In this document: in pieces, positions 57,935-64,000 of the stretch
Numbering within the stretch: the first letter of the stretch is position 1
How the letters are laid out: every line of letters begins with the position of its first letter
Assembly: GCF_044324875.1 (NCBI RefSeq)
Contig: NZ_CP172185.1
Direction: 5' to 3' (one strand)
DNA from: Escherichia coli
Lineage (GTDB): Bacteria > Pseudomonadota > Gammaproteobacteria > Enterobacterales > Enterobacteriaceae
DNA length: 64,000 nt
Made by a program: the position numbers and the translations under genes
Notes under the pieces: generated by a model
Databases searched by the model: none
What the model was told of the DNA's origin: nothing
What the model saw: the letters and a program-made list of their open reading frames with translations, nothing else

Positions 57935-58969
57935 ATGAGTAACGCGATTACGATGGGGATATTTTGGCATTTGATCGGCGCGGCCAGTGCAGCCTGTTTT
58001 TACGCTCCGTTCAAAAAAGTAAAAAAATGGTCATGGGAAACCATGTGGTCAGTTGGTGGGATTGTTTCGTGGATTATTCTGCCGTGGGCCATCAGCGCCC
58101 TGTTACTACCGAATTTCTGGGCGTATTACAGCTCGTTTAGTCTCTCTACGCTGCTGCCTGTTTTTCTGTTCGGCGCAATGTGGGGGATTGGTAATATCAA
58201 CTACGGCCTGACCATGCGTTATCTCGGCATGTCGATGGGGATTGGTATCGCCATTGGTATCACGTTGATTGTTGGTACGCTGATGACGCCAATTATCAAC
58301 GGCAATTTCGATGTGTTGATCAATACCGAAGGTGGACGCATGACATTGCTCGGCGTTCTGGTGGCGCTGATTGGTGTAGGGATTGTGACTCGCGCCGGGC
58401 AGTTGAAAGAGCGCAAGATGGGCATTAAAGCCGAAGAGTTCAACCTGAAAAAAGGGCTGGTGCTGGCGGTGATGTGCGGCATTTTCTCTGCCGGAATGTC
58501 CTTTGCGATGAACGCCGCAAAACCGATGCATGAAGCCGCTGCCGCACTGGGCGTCGATCCACTGTATGTCGCTCTGCCAAGCTATGTTGTCATCATGGGC
58601 GGCGGCGCGATCATTAACCTCGGTTTCTGCTTCATTCGTCTGGCAAAAGTGAAGGATTTGTCGCTAAAAGCCGACTTCTCGCTGGCAAAACCGCTGATCA
58701 TTCACAATGTGTTACTCTCAGCACTGGGCGGGTTGATGTGGTATCTGCAATTCTTTTTCTATGCCTGGGGCCACGCGCGTATTCCGGCGCAGTATGACTA
58801 CATCAGCTGGATGCTGCATATGAGCTTCTATGTATTGTGCGGCGGTATCGTCGGGCTGGTGCTGAAAGAGTGGAACAATGCAGGTCGCCGTCCGGTAACG
58901 GTGTTGAGCCTCGGTTGTGTGGTGATTATTGTTGCCGCCAACATCGTCGGCATGGGCATGGCGAATTAA
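57935..58969 (+). CDS. rhaT: L-rhamnose-proton symporter
   Basis: 344-aa [41 protein letters not shown]... Confidence 0.96.
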   Translation: MSNAITMGIFWHLIGAASAACFYAPFKKVKKWSWETMWSVGGIVSWIILPWAISALLLPNFWAYYSSFSLSTLLPVFLFGAMWGIGNINYGLTMRYLGMSMGIGIAIGITLIVGTLMTPIINGNFDVLINTEGGRMTLLGVLVALIGVGIVTRAGQLKERKMGIKAEEFNLKKGLVLAVMCGIFSAGMSFAMNAAKPMHEAAAALGVDPLYVALPSYVVIMGGGAIINLGFCFIRLAKVKDLSLKADFSLAKPLIIHNVLLSALGGLMWYLQFFFYAWGHARIPAQYDYISWMLHMSFYVLCGGIVGLVLKEWNNAGRRPVTVLSLGCVVIIVAANIVGMGMAN

Positions 58970-59814
58970 TCTTTCTGCGAATTGAGATGACGCCACTGGC
59001 TGGGCGTCATCCCGGTTTCCCGGGTAAACACCACCGAAAAATAGTTACTATCTTCAAAGCCACATTCGGTTGAAATATCACTGATTAACAGGCGGCTATG
59101 CTGGAGAAGATATTGCGCATGACACACTCTGACCTGCCGCAGATATTGATTGATGGTCATTCCAGTCTGCTGGCGAAATTGCTGACGCAAAACGCGCTCA
59201 CTGCACGATGCCTCATCACAAAATTTATCCAGCGCAAAGGGACTTTTCAGGCTGGCCGCCAGCCGGGTAATCAGCTTATCCAGCAACGTTTCGCTGGATG
59301 TTGGCGGCAACGAATCGCTGGTGTAACGATGGCGATTCAGCAACACCACCAACTGCCCGAACAGCAACTCTGCCATTTCGTTAGCAAACGGCACATGCTG
59401 ACTACTTTCATGCTCAAGTTGACCGATAACCTGCCGCGCCTGCGCCATCCCCATGCTACCTAAGCGCCAGTGTGGTTGCCCTGCGCTGGCGCTAAATCCC
59501 GGAATCGCCCCCTGCCAGTCAAGATTCAGCTTCAGCCGCTCCGGGCAATAAATAATATTCTGCAAAACCAGATCGTTAACGGAAGCGTAGGAGTGTTTAT
59601 CGTCAGCATGAATGTAAAAGAGATCGCCACGGGTAATGCGATAAGGGCGATCGTTGAGTACATGCAGACCATTACCGCGCCAGACAATTACCAGCTCACA
59701 AAAATCATGTGTATGTTCGGCAAAGACATCTTGCGGATAACGATCAGCCACAGCGACTGCCTGCTGGTCGCTGGCAAAAAAATCATCTTTGAGAAGTTTT
59801 AACTGATGCGCCAC
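58966..59814 (-). CDS. rhaR: AraC-family activator RhaR
   Basis: GTG at 59814 gives 282 aa (M)[37 protein letters not shown]... (length I recall for RhaR); ORF track offers a 37-codon upstream extension, so the start is uncertain. Confidence 0.85.
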   Translation of the reverse strand: MAHQLKLLKDDFFASDQQAVAVADRYPQDVFAEHTHDFCELVIVWRGNGLHVLNDRPYRITRGDLFYIHADDKHSYASVNDLVLQNIIYCPERLKLNLDWQGAIPGFSASAGQPHWRLGSMGMAQARQVIGQLEHESSQHVPFANEMAELLFGQLVVLLNRHRYTSDSLPPTSSETLLDKLITRLAASLKSPFALDKFCDEASCSERVLRQQFRQQTGMTINQYLRQVRVCHAQYLLQHSRLLISDISTECGFEDSNYFSVVFTRETGMTPSQWRHLNSQKD

Positions 59815-59887
59815 CGTGGCTACCTCGGCCAGAGAACGAAGTTGATTATTCGCAATATGGCGTACAAATACGTTGAGTAGATTCGCG

Positions 59888-60724
59888 TTATTGCAGAAAG
59901 CCATCCCGTCCCTGGCGAATATCACGCGGTGACCAGTTAAACTCTCGGCGAAAAAGCGTCGAAAAGTGGTTACTGTCGCTGAATCCGCAGCGATAGGCGA
60001 TGTCAGTAACGCTGGCCTCGCTGTGGCGTAGCAGATGTCGGGCTTTCATCAGTCGCAGGCGGTTCAGGTAACGCTGAGGCGTCAGTCCCGTTTTCTGCTT
60101 AAGCTGCCGATGTAGCGTACGCAGCGAAAGAGAAAATTGATCCGCCACGGCATCCCAATTCACCTCATCGGCAAAATGGTCCTCCAGCCAGGCCAGAAGC
60201 AAGTTGAGACGTGACGCGCTGTTTTCCAGGTTCTCCTGCAAACTGCTTTTACGCAGCAAGAGCAGTAATTGCATAAATAAGATCTCGCGACTGGCGGTCG
60301 AGGGTAAATCATTTTCCTCTTCCTGCTGTTCCATCTGTGCAACCAGCTGTCGCACCTGCTGCAACACGCTGTGGTTAACGCGCCAGTGAGACGGATACTG
60401 CCCATCCTGCTCTTGTGGCAGCAACTGATTCAGCCCGGCGAGAAACTGAAATCGATCCGGCGAGCGATACAGCACATTGGTCAGACACAGATTATCGGTA
60501 TGTTCATACAGATGCCGATCATGATCGCGTACGAAACAGACCGTCCCACCGGTGATGGTATAGGGATGCCCATTAAACACATGAATACCCGTGCCATGTT
60601 CGACAATCACAATTTCATGAAAATCATGATGATGTTCAGGAAAATCCGCCTGCGGGAGCCGGGGTTCTATCGCCACGGACGCGTTACCAGACGGAAAAAA
60701 ATCCACACTATGTAATACGGTCAT
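59888..60724 (-). CDS. rhaS: AraC-family activator RhaS
   Basis: 278-aa [49 protein letters not shown]... Confidence 0.96.
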   Translation of the reverse strand: MTVLHSVDFFPSGNASVAIEPRLPQADFPEHHHDFHEIVIVEHGTGIHVFNGHPYTITGGTVCFVRDHDRHLYEHTDNLCLTNVLYRSPDRFQFLAGLNQLLPQEQDGQYPSHWRVNHSVLQQVRQLVAQMEQQEEENDLPSTASREILFMQLLLLLRKSSLQENLENSASRLNLLLAWLEDHFADEVNWDAVADQFSLSLRTLHRQLKQKTGLTPQRYLNRLRLMKARHLLRHSEASVTDIAYRCGFSDSNHFSTLFRREFNWSPRDIRQGRDGFLQ

Positions 60725-63737
<3,013 letters not shown>

Positions 63738-63742
63738 ACACT

Positions 63743-63773
63743 GCCGGATGCGGCGCGAGCGCCTTATTCGGCC
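63743..63773. repeat. REP element between rhaA and rhaD
   Basis: gccggatgcggcgcgagcgccttattcggcc. Confidence 0.75.
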
Positions 63774-63819
63774 GACAGATCGTGCATCCGACAACACCGA
63801 ATTTACAGGAACACCGAAC

Positions 63820-64000
63820 ATGCAAAACATTACTCAGTCCTGGTTTGTCCAGGGAATGATTAAAGCCACCACCGACGCCTGGCTGAAAGGCTGGGACGAG
63901 CGCAACGGCGGCAACCTGACGCTACGCCTGGATGACGCCGATATCGCGCCTTATCACGACAACTTTCATGCACAACCGCGCTATATCCCGCTCAGCCAGC
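63820..64000 (+). CDS. rhaD: Rhamnulose-1-phosphate aldolase, N-terminal 60 codons (3' end beyond window)
   Basis: ATG 63820; translation [50 protein letters not shown]... runs to window end. Confidence 0.9.
   Translation, partial: MQNITQSWFVQGMIKATTDAWLKGWDERNGGNLTLRLDDADIAPYHDNFHAQPRYIPLSQ

Overview
The window is an Escherichia coli-type chromosomal segment, collinear (in inverted orientation) with the K-12 argE-ppc ... metF/metL ... hslVU ... glpFK ... cpxPRA ... rhaBAD region as I recall it. I place 58 protein-coding genes (argE and rhaD truncated by the window edges); 54 are the expected core genes with intact reading frames. There are no tRNA or rRNA genes, no CRISPR array and no recognisable IS element, integrase or prophage. 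Two short insertions break the K-12 gene order and are the candidates for anything new. (1) Between rraA and zapB (about 38073-39511), an AT-rich two-gene cassette encodes tandem paralogous membrane proteins (228 and 238 aa) that I cannot assign to any family; it sits exactly between the rraA and zapB terminators. (2) Between metF and metL (about 21.7-24.77 kb), a divergent pair encodes a signal-peptide-bearing calcineurin-type phosphoesterase/5'-nucleotidase-like protein (517 aa) and a Cys-rich protein (376 aa) whose N-terminus carries a transposase-like (IS1 InsA-type) zinc-ribbon motif. All functional statements for these four genes are inference from sequence motifs and need homology and structure searches. 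Also annotated: intrinsic terminators, REP/BIME and a GC-rich palindromic intergenic repeat family at three loci, MetJ boxes, the sigma32 hslVU promoter, a CpxR box pair, candidate Fur, KdgR and GlpR operators, and the probable cpxP 3'-UTR sRNA (CpxQ). Where the ORF track begins at an upstream GTG/TTG or spurious ATG, I moved the start to the internal codon that matches the known protein.
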